From Macrostomum lignano (taxonomy: Eukaryota), in NCBI GenBank assembly GCA_002269645.1, contig NIVC01002158.1, forward strand, positions 124,001 through 188,000: 64,000 nucleotides of DNA, written 5' to 3'. Position 1 is the first letter of the stretch. Each line of letters opens with the position of its first letter. The notes under the pieces were generated by a model. The model saw only the letters and a program-made list of their open reading frames with translations, had not been told where the DNA came from and did not search any database. Below are positions 51,740 to 62,600 of the stretch, piece by piece. A program made the position numbers and the translations under genes.

Positions 51740-52525
51740 TCAGCAAGATAGCAATTCCCCCTTCACATCAGCAAGATAGTAATTCCCCCTTCACGTCAGC
51801 AAGGTAGCAATTCCCCCAAATCAGCAAGATAGCAATTCCCCCTTCACATCAGCAAGATAGTAATTCCCCCTTCACGTCAGCAAGGTAGCAATTCCCCCAG
51901 ATCAGCAAGATAGCAATTCACCCTTCACGTCAGCAAGATAGCAATTCCCTCTTCACGTCAGCAAGGTAGCAATTCCCCCAGATCAGCAAGATAGCAATTC
52001 ACCCTTCACATCAGCAAGATAGTAATTCCCCCTTCACGTCAGCAAGGTAGCAATTCCCCCAGATCAGCAAGATAGCAATTCACCCTTCACATCAGCAAGA
52101 TAGTAATTCCCCCTTCACGTCAGCAAGGTAGCAATTCCCCCAGATCAGCAAGATAGCAATTCACCCTTCACGTCAGCAAGATAGCAATTCCCCTTCACAT
52201 CAGCACGATAGCAATTCACCCTTCACGTCAGCAAGATAGCAATTCCCTCTTCACATCAGCACGATAGCAATTCACCCTTCACGTCAGCAAGATAGCAATT
52301 CCCTCTTCACATCAGCAAGATAGCAATTCCCCCTTCACATCAGCACGATAGCAATTCCCCCTTCACATCAGCAAGATAGCAATTCCCCCTTCACATCAGC
52401 AAGATGGCAATTCCCCCTTCACATCAGCACGATAGCAATTCCCCCAGATCAGCACGATAGCAATTCCCCCTTCACATCAGCAAGATAGCAATTCCCCCTT
52501 CACATCAGCACGATAGCAATTCCAT
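51740..52525. repeat. ~28-bp minisatellite (CAGCAAGATAGCAATTCCCCCTTCACAT)
   Basis: Intergenic tandem array. Confidence 0.94.
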
Positions 52526-52734
52526 TCAGTCTTGATCAGCGAACTTACCGCAACAATTTAAGTGACATTTTGTTAATCACTCCAGTGCATTCTGGTCACA
52601 TGCCTGCATCTGGCAGGTGTATTGTTGCAATAGTAAATAAAAAATCGCTAACATTAGCCTCGAGTGGCAGCTGAATTATAATTGTTCTGCTATCGCCGCT
52701 TCAAGGTACGCATAGTGAAACAGTGTTTAGAAAT

Positions 52735-55345
52735 GACTCCATAAACACATTTGATTAGAGCCCTGAAATAAACACTTTTAGTTAAAGTCCCATAAACACA
52801 CTTGATAAAAGCCCCATAAACACACTTAAGTAAAGCCCCATGCACACATTTGATTAAAGCCACAAACACACTTGAGTAAAGCCACATAAACACACTTGAT
52901 TAAAGCCCCATGCACACATTTGATTAAAGCCACATAAACACACTTGAGTAAAGCCCCATGCACACATTTGATTAAAGCCACAAACACACTTGAGTAAAGC
53001 CACATAAACACACTTGAGTAAAGCCCCATGCACACATTTGATTAAAGCCACAAACACACTTGAGTAAAGCCACATAAACACACTTGATTAAAGCCCCATG
53101 CACACATTTGATTAAAGCCACAAACACACTTGATTAAAGCCACATAAACACACTTGAGTAAAGCCCCATGCACACATTTGATTAAAGCCACAAACACACT
53201 TGAGTAAAGCCACATGCACACACTTGAGTAAAGCCCCATGCACACATTTGATTAAGGCCACATAAACACACTTGAGTAAAGCCCCATGCACACATTTGAT
53301 TAAAGCCACAAACACACTTGAGTAAAGCCCCATGCACACATTTGATTAAAGCCACATAAACACACTTGAGTAAAGCCCCATGCACACATTTGATTAAAGC
53401 CACATAAACACACTTGAGTAAAGCCCATGCACACATTTGATTAAAGCCACATAAACACACTTGAGTAAAGCCCCATGCACACATTTGATTAAAGCCACAT
53501 AAACACACTTGAGTAAAGCCCCATGCACACATTTGATTAAAGCCACATAAACACACTTGAGTAAAGCCCCATGCACACATTTGATTAAAGCCACATAAAC
53601 ACACTTGAGTAAAGCCCCATGCACACATTTGATTAAAGCCACATAAACACACTTGAGTAAAGCCCCATGCACACATTTGATTAAAGCCACATAAACACAC
53701 TTGATTAAAGCCCCATGCACACATTTGATTAAAGCCACATAAACACACTTGAGTAAAGCCCCATGCACACATTTGATTAAAGCCACATAAACACACTTGA
53801 GTAAAGCCCCATGCACACATTTGATTAAAGCCACATAAACACACTTGAGTAAAGCCCCATGCACACATTTGATTAAAGCCACATAAACACACTTGAGTAA
53901 AGCCCCATGCACACATTTGATTAAAGCCACATAAACACACTTGAGTAAAGCCCCATGCACACATTTGATTAAAGCCACATAAACACACTTGAGTAAAGCC
54001 CCATGCACACATTTGATTAAAGCCACATAAACACACTTGAGTAAAGCCCCATGCACACATTTGATTAAAGCCACATAAACACACTTGAGTAAAGCCCCAT
54101 GCACACATTTGATTAAAGCCACATAAACACACTTGAGTAAAGCCCCATGCACACATTTGATTAAAGCCACATAAACACACTTGATTAAAGCCCCATGCAC
54201 ACATTTGATTAAAGCCACATAAACACATTTGATTAAAGCCACATAAACACACTTGAGTAAAGCCACATAAACACACTTGAGTAAAGCCCCATGCACACAT
54301 TTGATTAAAGCCACATAAACACACTTGAGTAAAGCCCCATGCACACATTTGATTAAAGCCACATAAACACACTTGAGTAAAGCCCCATGCACACATTTGA
54401 TTAAAGCCACATAAACACACTTGAGTAAAGCCCCATGCACACATTTGATTAAAGCCACATAAACACACTTGAGTAAAGCCCCATGCACACATTTGATTAA
54501 AGCCACATAAACACACTTGAGTAAAGCCCCATGCACACATTTGATTAAAGCCACATAAACACACTTGAGTAAAGCCCCATGCACACATTTGATTAAAGCC
54601 ACATAAACACACTTGAGTAAAGCCCCATGCACACATTTGATTAAAGCCACATAAACACACTTGAGTAAAGCCCCATGCACACATTTGATTAAAGCCACAT
54701 AAACACACTTGAGTAAAGCCCCATGCACACATTTGATTAAAGCCACATAAACACACTTGAGTAAAGCCCCATGCACACATTTGATTAAAGCCACATAAAC
54801 ACACTTGAGTAAAGCCCCATGCACACATTTGATTAAAGCCACATAAACACACTTGAGTAAAGCCCCATGCACACATTTGATTAAAGCCACATAAACACAC
54901 TTGAGTAAAGCCCCATGCACACATTTGATTAAAGCCACATAAACACACTTGAGTAAAGCCCCATGCACACATTTGATTAAAGCCACATAAACACACTTGA
55001 GTAAAGCCACATAAACACACTTGATTAAAGCCCCATGCACACATTTGATTAAAGCCACATAAACACACTTGAGTAAAGCCCCATGCACACATTTGATTAA
55101 AGCCACATAAACACACTTGAGTAAAGCCACATAAACACACTTGATTAAAGCCCCATGCACACATTTGATTAAAGCCACATAAACACACTTGAGTAAAGCC
55201 CCATAAACACATTTGATTATACCCCCATAAACACATTTGATTATACCCCCATAAACACATTTAATTATCCCCCATAAACACATTTAATTATACCCCCATG
55301 AACACATTTAATTATACCCCCATAAACACATTTGATTATACCTCC
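52735..55345. repeat. 48-bp (2x24) satellite, ~2.6 kb
   Basis: AAAGCCCCATGCACACATTTGATT + AAAGCCACATAAACACACTTGAGT dimer. Confidence 0.97.
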
Positions 55346-55491
55346 ATAAACACATTTGATTCTCAAATTCCATCAAGAAAGTCGAACTCGTTACTTTTTG
55401 CTTTAATAAAAAATGCATCGTATTTCCGTGACGCACTACTTGCAGTAGGTCTGTATGTGAATTGCAATTTCGCTTCCCGCAGCCAGCCAGC

Positions 55492-58400
55492 ATGTCTGCC
55501 CGCACCCGCCTGCCGCCGCACCTGGTGCCAGCCAGACAGAAAACTACCAGACAGCCGCAGTTTATTCGACAGCAACAACTGGCCTCGCTTGAGTCTATGC
55601 TCAATAGAACTGCGCTCTCTGTTCAGCGGGCCACGCATCAAAACATTCTGGGTGAGCCAGCAGCTGGAAACCCATGTACTTGTTAGTAGCAGTTGCCCCT
55701 GGTTACAGAATTAGGAACAGTTGCAGTACAGCATGATGAGCCACATTTTGCCCCTGGCCGGCACCGCGGCAGCAGCAGCTCCGCCCAGTGGCCGAGCGAG
55801 GCTTTCCTTCTGTGGCAGACGGTTGGTGGCCCTGTGCGGCATTTTTGCCTCAGAGACTCGCTGCCTGCGTGTCTGCGGCTGTCCGCTGCAGGGCTCACAG
55901 AGTCTCAGATAACTAGTGTTTTAAATGCGATTCAAATCCACAGACAGCTCCCAGTCAGCTTGGATTGTTAAATTGGCTGTCTGAGGCGTTCCCTAGCTGT
56001 GGCAGATGAAGCTTTAGGATGCTGGGGCTGACTTTTTCTATGCTGCTCTGCGTATCACTGACCCCAGTGCGCTCTGTAGTACGCTGAGACAGCCACATGC
56101 ACTCTTGTTTCTCACTATAGTACCAGGGCCCTAGAAATTGATAGAAATAATAGAAATAATATCATATCCTTGTTTATGTAGGTTAAGCAAACCTAATCGC
56201 GGTTAGTAGGCCAGTCAAATAAGAACTTGTATTTTGTGTCACACCAGCGCTGGAATTGCTAGAAAAAAAATTATTTTTATTCATTTATTCTGCCGATATG
56301 TATCGAAAATGTAACTAAAATTAATTACAGCTCTTTGTTTTTGCAATCGTGAATTATTTGTCCACAGACAGCTCCTAGTCAGCTTGGAAAATTCTCAAAT
56401 AGCTGTCTGAGGCGTTCCCTAGCTGTGGCAGATGAAGCTGAAGAAGCTGGGCTGACTTTTTCTATGCTGCACTGCGTATCACTGACTCCAGTGCGCCCTG
56501 CAGTACGCTGAGACAGTCACATGCACTTTTGGATCAGTTTTCTGTGCATTCTTTTAAGCAATGGTCGACTTTGAAATCCGGTTTATTTAGTTAAGACCAG
56601 ACTAACGATATGTATCGAAATTATGCGTTATTCTAGAAGCAATGTTTAGTCAAGAGTAGTTTAAAGTCTATTTAAAATCCCAAGTCAATGCAGCTGAATC
56701 GCTCATCATCCTCATCCTCGCCTGCTCAGAGCTGGGCGATCGCTACGTGTCAGCCGATGACCGCCTGCCAGCAGTGGCGGAGCCAGTCGCCGGCTCCCGT
56801 GTAGACATTGACAGCCTGTTGCAGCAGGCCCAGGCCAAATTCGACCGGGACTTGCGCAACGCTCGCGAATCTCTGCGCAAAGAATTGGAGGCTGAACGGG
56901 AACGAGCCCTGGCTGAGCAGAAGGCCGAGTTTGAGAAGCACCTGGATCAGGTGAGCCGACTTAGTGAGATATTTTCCTAGTGTGGTTATAGTAGAAAAAT
57001 ATGGTGTGTGTAATGAAATTTTTGACGGGTACCTTATTACTTGTTTTGCGATTGAAAACTGGGGTATGTAAGCAATATTTTCTATTACTACTACTGAAAA
57101 GTCAGTGTGGCCTTCGGGTCCTTTGAAACTTTACAATAGCCTCTCTCTTCCCTCTTATCTCTTCTCGAATCCCATCTCTCGCCTCTCCTCTATTTTCATC
57201 TGGCTCTTGATGTGAAGATGTTTGCCTGACCCCTGCATTAAGGAACATACTGCAGGCATACCAATCCACAGACAGCTCCTAGTCAGCTTCTCAAATAGCT
57301 GTTCTGAGGCGTTCCCTAGCTGTGGCAGATGAAGCTTAAGGATGCTGGGCTGACTTTTTCTATGCTGCTCTGCGTATCACTGACCCCAGTGCGCTCTGCA
57401 GTACGCTGAGACAGCCACATGTACTCTTGTTTCTCACTACCAGTGCCCTAGAATCAAAGTAGTAATATCATATCGTTATTGTTTAAGTAGGTTAAGCAAG
57501 CTTAATCGCGGTTAGTACGCAGTCAATTAGGGGCTTTTATTTTGTGTGGCACCAATGCTGTAATCAATAGCTTTCCTAGGGTCTTTGTTTTTGCAAATAT
57601 TTTTGTCCACAGACAGCTCCTAGTCAGCTTGTTAAATTCTCAAATAGCTGTCTGAGGCGTTCCCTAGCTGTGGTAGATGAAGCTTTAGGATGCTGGGCTG
57701 ACTTTTTCTATGCTGCTCTGCGTATCACTGACCCCAGTGCGCCCTGCAGTACGCTGAGACAGCCACATGTAATAATATATAAATATATATATAATTGTAA
57801 TTTTCATACAAGTTAAGCAGCGCTGGGCGCGGTTAGTACTCAGATAAATAGCTATATTTATTAAATCTGTTAGTTAAATTATCAGATTCTGGAAGCAGCT
57901 CAGCGTTAAAAGTGTCTTCTGTCTTTCGCACAAACGATCCCCTAGTTCGATTCCATTCGTTTGGAGCTTGTGAATGTGCATTGCAACTGATTCAAATCAT
58001 ACTTGTCATCTTTTTGTACATGCCTGACGATCAGAGAGTCAAAGTGCCGCTGTACACCCTCTGTGAGCGTGTGTGTCGGTGCTGCCTTCGCACAGTATTG
58101 GCGTGCTTCTATTTGCTGTACTGTACATAGGGTTGTAGCCTAGTGGTTTGAGCGTCGGACTTACGACTTAAAGGTCGGGGGTTCGTTTCCCAATCCCACT
58201 AGGAACTGTTTGTGTCATTGAGCAAGACACTTAACTCTCTGCATTGTTTCACTTCACCCACCCAGCTGTAAAATGGGTGCCAGCATTAGCTGGGATAATT
58301 GAGGGTGTCTGTGGCGACACCCCCCTCAGTCCTATCCATGTACCTATGTACCTGTACCCAATGAACCGGAGAAGGTGCAATTTCTATTTCCCACTCCTGT

Positions 58401-61400
58401 CCCCAGGTGTGCTCCCTGCGCGATAAAGCCGAGGACATGGCCAAGCGGGATCTTCGGCGCGCCTGCGAGCTAGACAAACAGGCCGCCCTGAGACAGCAGC
58501 GCGAGTACCTGGACACTGTGCGGCTGGATGCCATTGAGCGGGCCAGGATGGAGGAGCGGCATCTGGCCAGACAGAACTCCGCTGCGGATCGGGCGGAGGC
58601 TGTGCAGAAGGCGCTCGATGAAGCTGAGGTGAGCGGCTGCTGGTGTGTGTCACTGTGTCCATCCTGGTACGGTATCCCTGTGTCCGTCTGTGGCATCTTT
58701 GTGTCCATCGGTGACATCCCTGTGTCCGTCCGTGACATCTCTGTGTCCATCTGTGGCATCCCTGTGTCCATTCTGGCATCCCTGTGTCCATTCTGGCATC
58801 CCTGTGTCCATTCTGGCATCCCTGTGTCCATTCTGACATCCCTGTGTCCATCTGTGGCATCCCTGTGTCCATTCTGGCATCCCTGTGTCCATTCTGGCAT
58901 CCCTGTGTCCATTCTGACATCCCTGTGTCCGTCCGTGACATCTCTGTGTCCATCTGTGGCATTCCTGTGTCCATCGGTGACATCCCTGTGTCCGTCCGTG
59001 ACATCTCTGTGTCCATCTGTGGCATTCCTGTGTCCATCGGTGACATCCATGTGTCCATCGATGACATCTGTGTCCACCCTGACATCCTTGTGTCCACCTG
59101 TGGCATCCCTTTGTCCACCTTAACATTTTAATATCTATCGTGGCCCATAGGTTTTGGTTGTGACTGATGATTTCTTTTTTAATATTCTGTTAGTCAGTCC
59201 ACAAACAGCTCCCAGTCAGCTTGCATTGTTAAATTGGCTGTCTGAGGCGTTCCCTAACTGTGGCAGATGAAGCTGTGGATGCTGGGCTGACTTTTTCTAT
59301 GCTGCTCTGCGTATCACAGACCCCAGTGCGCCCTGCAGTACGCTGAGACAGCCACATTACAGTGCAATTATTGAATATCTTGCATAAATTATCGCTATGT
59401 GTTAAAGCAGATTAAGCTAACTGGTCGTGGTTAGTACGCTAGCTATTTAAAGAGCCTTGTAGTGGAGCAGTGTTATTCACGTTACACCTAATAGCACACG
59501 TTTTAGTGCTATGACAACATGATCAATAACCTTATTTACTCTGCCGATATGTATCGAAAATCCAGTAAAAAGCTTTTCTCGATTTAAAAATTTACCCAGT
59601 CCACAGACAGCTCTCTGTCAGCTTCAACCCTCAATTCTCTGATAGCTTTCTGAGGTGTTCTCTATGTGTGGCAGATAAAGCAAGAGAAGCAACGCCCCAC
59701 TATGCTGCTCTGCGTTCTCCCCTCCCTCCTGTTCATTGCGCAATCTGCCATTACGGGAAGACATGTACAGTAAAATTTAATTGTTTTTTGCACTTGCTTT
59801 AACCCTCAGTTAGCTGGTGTATTGGGATCAGAAATAAAAACAGCTTCTGTTGAAAATTCATTACCATCTGTGTCCCTAGCATCTCCCTGTCTCCCCAGCA
59901 TCTCCCTGCCTCCCCAGCATCTCCCTGCCTCTCCATCATCTCCTTGCCTCCCCAGCATCTCCCTGTCTACACAGCATCTCCCTGTCTACCCAGCATCTCC
60001 CTGTCTACCCAGCATCTCACTGCCTCCCCAGCATCTCCCTGTCTACCCAGCATCTCCCTGCCTCCTCATTATCTCCCTGTCTCCCTAGCATCTCCCTGCC
60101 TCCCCATCATCTCACAGCTTCACCATCCACGCCACCCAGGTGGCCTTCGAGCGTCGCGAGCAGCACACGGTGGACAAGACCAAGAAGGAGTGTCGACAGC
60201 TGTTCAACGAAGAGCTGACAGCCATCAGGAAGCGGCATCGTGAAGAAGTTGAGTCCTGGATGATAAAGTGAGAAGCTGGAGTTTTTCTGTTTATCGATAT
60301 GAGTATATTGTGATATGATGTAATGGGCCACATTTTGCCCCTGGCCGGCACCGCGGCAGCAGCAGCTCCGCCCAGTGGCCGAGCGAGGCTTTCCTTCTGT
60401 GGCAGACGGTTGGTGGCCCTGTGCGGCATTTTTGCCTCAGAGACTCGCTGCCTGCGTGTCTGCGGCTGTCCGCTGCGGGGCTCACAGAGTCTCAGATACT
60501 ACTGAGCTGCAGTAGTGTGAGTAGCTAGTGGGGCTGGGGCTCAGATCGCTCACAGTCTCAGATACTACTGAGCTGCAGTAGTGTGAGTAGCTAGTGGGGC
60601 TGGGGCTAGGGCTCAAATCGCTCACAGTCTCAGATACTACTGAGCTGCAGTAGTGTGAGTAGCTAGTGGGGCTGGGGCTCAGATCGCTCACAGTCTCAGA
60701 TACTACTGAGCTGCAGTAGTGTGAGTAGCTAGTGGGGCTGGGGCTCAGATCGCTCACAGAGTCTCAGATACTACTGAGCTGCAGTAGTGTGAGTAGCTAG
60801 TGGGGCTGGGGCTCAGATCGCTCACAGAGTCTCAGATACTACTGAGCTGCAGTAGTGTGAGTAGCTAGTGGGGCTGGGGCTCAGATCGCTCACAGTCTCA
60901 GATACTACTGAGCTGCAGTAGTGTGAGTAGCTAGTGTATTGAATGAGATTCCATGCAGTCCACAGACAGCTCCCAGTCAGCCTGCATTGTTAAATTGGCT
61001 GTCTGAGGCGTTCCCTAGCTGTGGCAGATGAAGCTGAGGATGCTGGGCTGACTTTTTCTATGCTGCTCTGCGTATCACTGACCCCAGTGCGCCCTGCAGT
61101 ACGCTGAGACAGCCACATGCACTCTTGTGTGCCAATCTTTCTCTAACCGTTCAGTTTTCAACTTATGATATAAATCGGCCTTCAAAACGCGCCCCGCCCG
61201 CAGGTACAAAGACCTGTACAAAAACTTTGAGCGCCTGTTGGACTCGAGCCGCAACGTGGAGGGCGAATTCCAGAGCCTGCAGACGGACTACAAGCGGTTC
61301 CTGGACTACTCTGACGGCCACTTTCACTCTGACTACATGATGAAGCTCAAGCAGGCCTGTCTGGATGCTGCATCGGACATTGGCCGGTCGCTGGCTCCGT

Positions 61401-61618
61401 CGCCCGCTCCCGCCAGCGTGTCGGACTGGCCGCCCTCCTCAGCCAAGTCGCCAACCGGCATTTCGCCCAACCGCCAGCGTCTGTCGGTCCTGGCCGCCGC
61501 TCCTCCAGCCGTTAGGCGTCGTCGGGATCGACCTGCCACGGCGGTGTCGACAACGGAAAACCGACCACGGCTGACTAAAAATGTCGAAGTCTACACTGAA
61601 GAGGAGGATGTGTTTTGA
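55492..61618 (+). CDS. Uncharacterised coiled-coil protein, 5 exons (~393 aa)
   Basis: Exons 55492-55651, 56694-56950, 58407-58628, 60140-60267, 61204-61618. GT-AG with phases 1,0,0,2; total 1182 nt. E/R/K/A-rich helical sequence; family not confidently recognised. Confidence 0.8.
55740..55902 (+). ncRNA. H/ACA snoRNA-like family B, copy 2
   Basis: Near-identical to copy 1; the CAGGGC variant perfects the 3' stem. Confidence 0.5.
55938..56100 (+). ncRNA. H/ACA snoRNA-like family A, copy 6 (intronic)
   Basis: Same fold; AGATGA; ACA. Confidence 0.7.
56362..56524 (+). ncRNA. H/ACA snoRNA-like family A, copy 7 (intronic)
   Basis: Same fold; AGATGA; ACA. Confidence 0.7.
57266..57422 (+). ncRNA. 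H/ACA snoRNA-like family A, copy 8 (intronic)
   Basis: Same fold with a shortened apical loop; AGATGA; ACA. Confidence 0.7.
57607..57770 (+). ncRNA. H/ACA snoRNA-like family A, copy 9 (intronic)
   Basis: Same fold; AGATGA; ACA. Confidence 0.7.
58130..58340 (+). mobile_element. tRNA-derived SINE with a CORE-like central domain
   Basis: A-box TAGCCTAGTGG and B-box GGTTCGTTTCC, then TTGAGCAAGACACTTAACTC...CTGTAAAATGGG, which resembles the MIR/CORE consensus. Simple-repeat tail (atgtacct). Confidence 0.65.
58660..59115. repeat. ~20-bp minisatellite (CATCCCTGTGTCCATTCTGG)
   Basis: Intron 3 of the coiled-coil gene. Confidence 0.9.
59199..59359 (+). ncRNA. H/ACA snoRNA-like family A, copy 10 (intronic)
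   Basis: Same fold; AGATGA; ACA. Confidence 0.7.
59601..59766 (+). ncRNA. H/ACA snoRNA-like family A, divergent copy 11
   Basis: 5' hairpin retained with pocket TGTTCTCTA (wobble-compatible with the same target). H box AGATAA; 3' half largely different but still ends ACA+3. Confidence 0.55.
59865..60105. repeat. CAGCATCTCCCTG-based minisatellite
   Basis: Immediately upstream of exon 4 of the coiled-coil gene. Confidence 0.85.
60327..60489 (+). ncRNA. H/ACA snoRNA-like family B, copy 3
   Basis: Near-identical to copies 1 and 2. Confidence 0.5.
60490..60936. repeat. 66/68-bp hairpin-forming tandem repeat, second array
   Basis: Same unit as at 46882; about 6.5 units. Confidence 0.9.
60960..61120 (+). 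ncRNA. H/ACA snoRNA-like family A, copy 12 (intronic)
   Basis: Same fold; AGATGA; ACA. Confidence 0.7.
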
Positions 61619-62600
61619 TTGGTTTGATGTTGATTTTTTTGTTTTTCTTTATCTTTGGTCTTCCTACTTTAAGTAGCTTTGAGAAAATCCCTATCCTTAA
61701 TTACATTCGAACATCGCCTTTGTGTCGTATTTTTAGAAAACTTTTATATTTATAGTTTTTGCTCAGTGATAATAAACTCTGCAGCCATGTTTTTTGGCCT
61801 TTTGCCAGCAGCTGTTTCTTCTTTTTTCAAAACTTCAGTGCTGTGATAGCTCCAACAAATACTGTTTTTTTAGATTACCGCTGCCTACTATAAGTAGAGC
61901 TAGCTGTGCGATAACTGCAGCTTTTTAGTGTATAGCTGTAAATTGTGTAGCATTTTTCATTTTATCTAAGAAATCGATTGAGCGTTTATTTTAAAGCACT
62001 GCCATTCAGATTCAACCAGTGATTCTGCTTTTTTCTATGGCCAAAACACCCTCAATTATCTTGACCTCAAGGACACAGCCGTTAAGTCCGAGTTCAGCTG
62101 TTCTTCCCATACCCGGTTTTGGCCATAGACAATCTTCAAAGCATGGATTGAATTTATGGTTTGCCTCGTCAATTAAAGTGAGTGCTCGACTTCTTACATA
62201 AAATGATAAAAATGCTATTTTTAGACTCGCCTAGGGTGCACTCAGTTTTATTGCTTATTCTTCCCCTAGATTATATTTTCTAATTATTGTCTAACAAGAT
62301 TTTTTTTCCGAATATAAGCATGTAAATATATAGATATATGTCTGTCTGACTACTTGCTAAGTAGCTGATTTAGCGCCACATTTTTTCTACTATATAGCTT
62401 TTTGCTGAAAGATTAACTGTAAACCAGTCAGCAAGTGTTTTTTCTTGTGTTTTTTCACAATCTGGAAAAGTCGCCATCACAGAAGATTCTGTCACGTTAT
62501 TTGCGTAGTGGCTAGGACCCTTAAAAGGGTCGTTTAACGGGAATCGTCGTAAGTCGTTGTAGTCCCAAAATGAATCGAAGTCAATTCTTGTAAAGCGGAT

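Noticed and set aside
53182-55283. 692- and 629-aa Cys-rich ORFs
   Set aside because: Artefacts of the 48-bp satellite.
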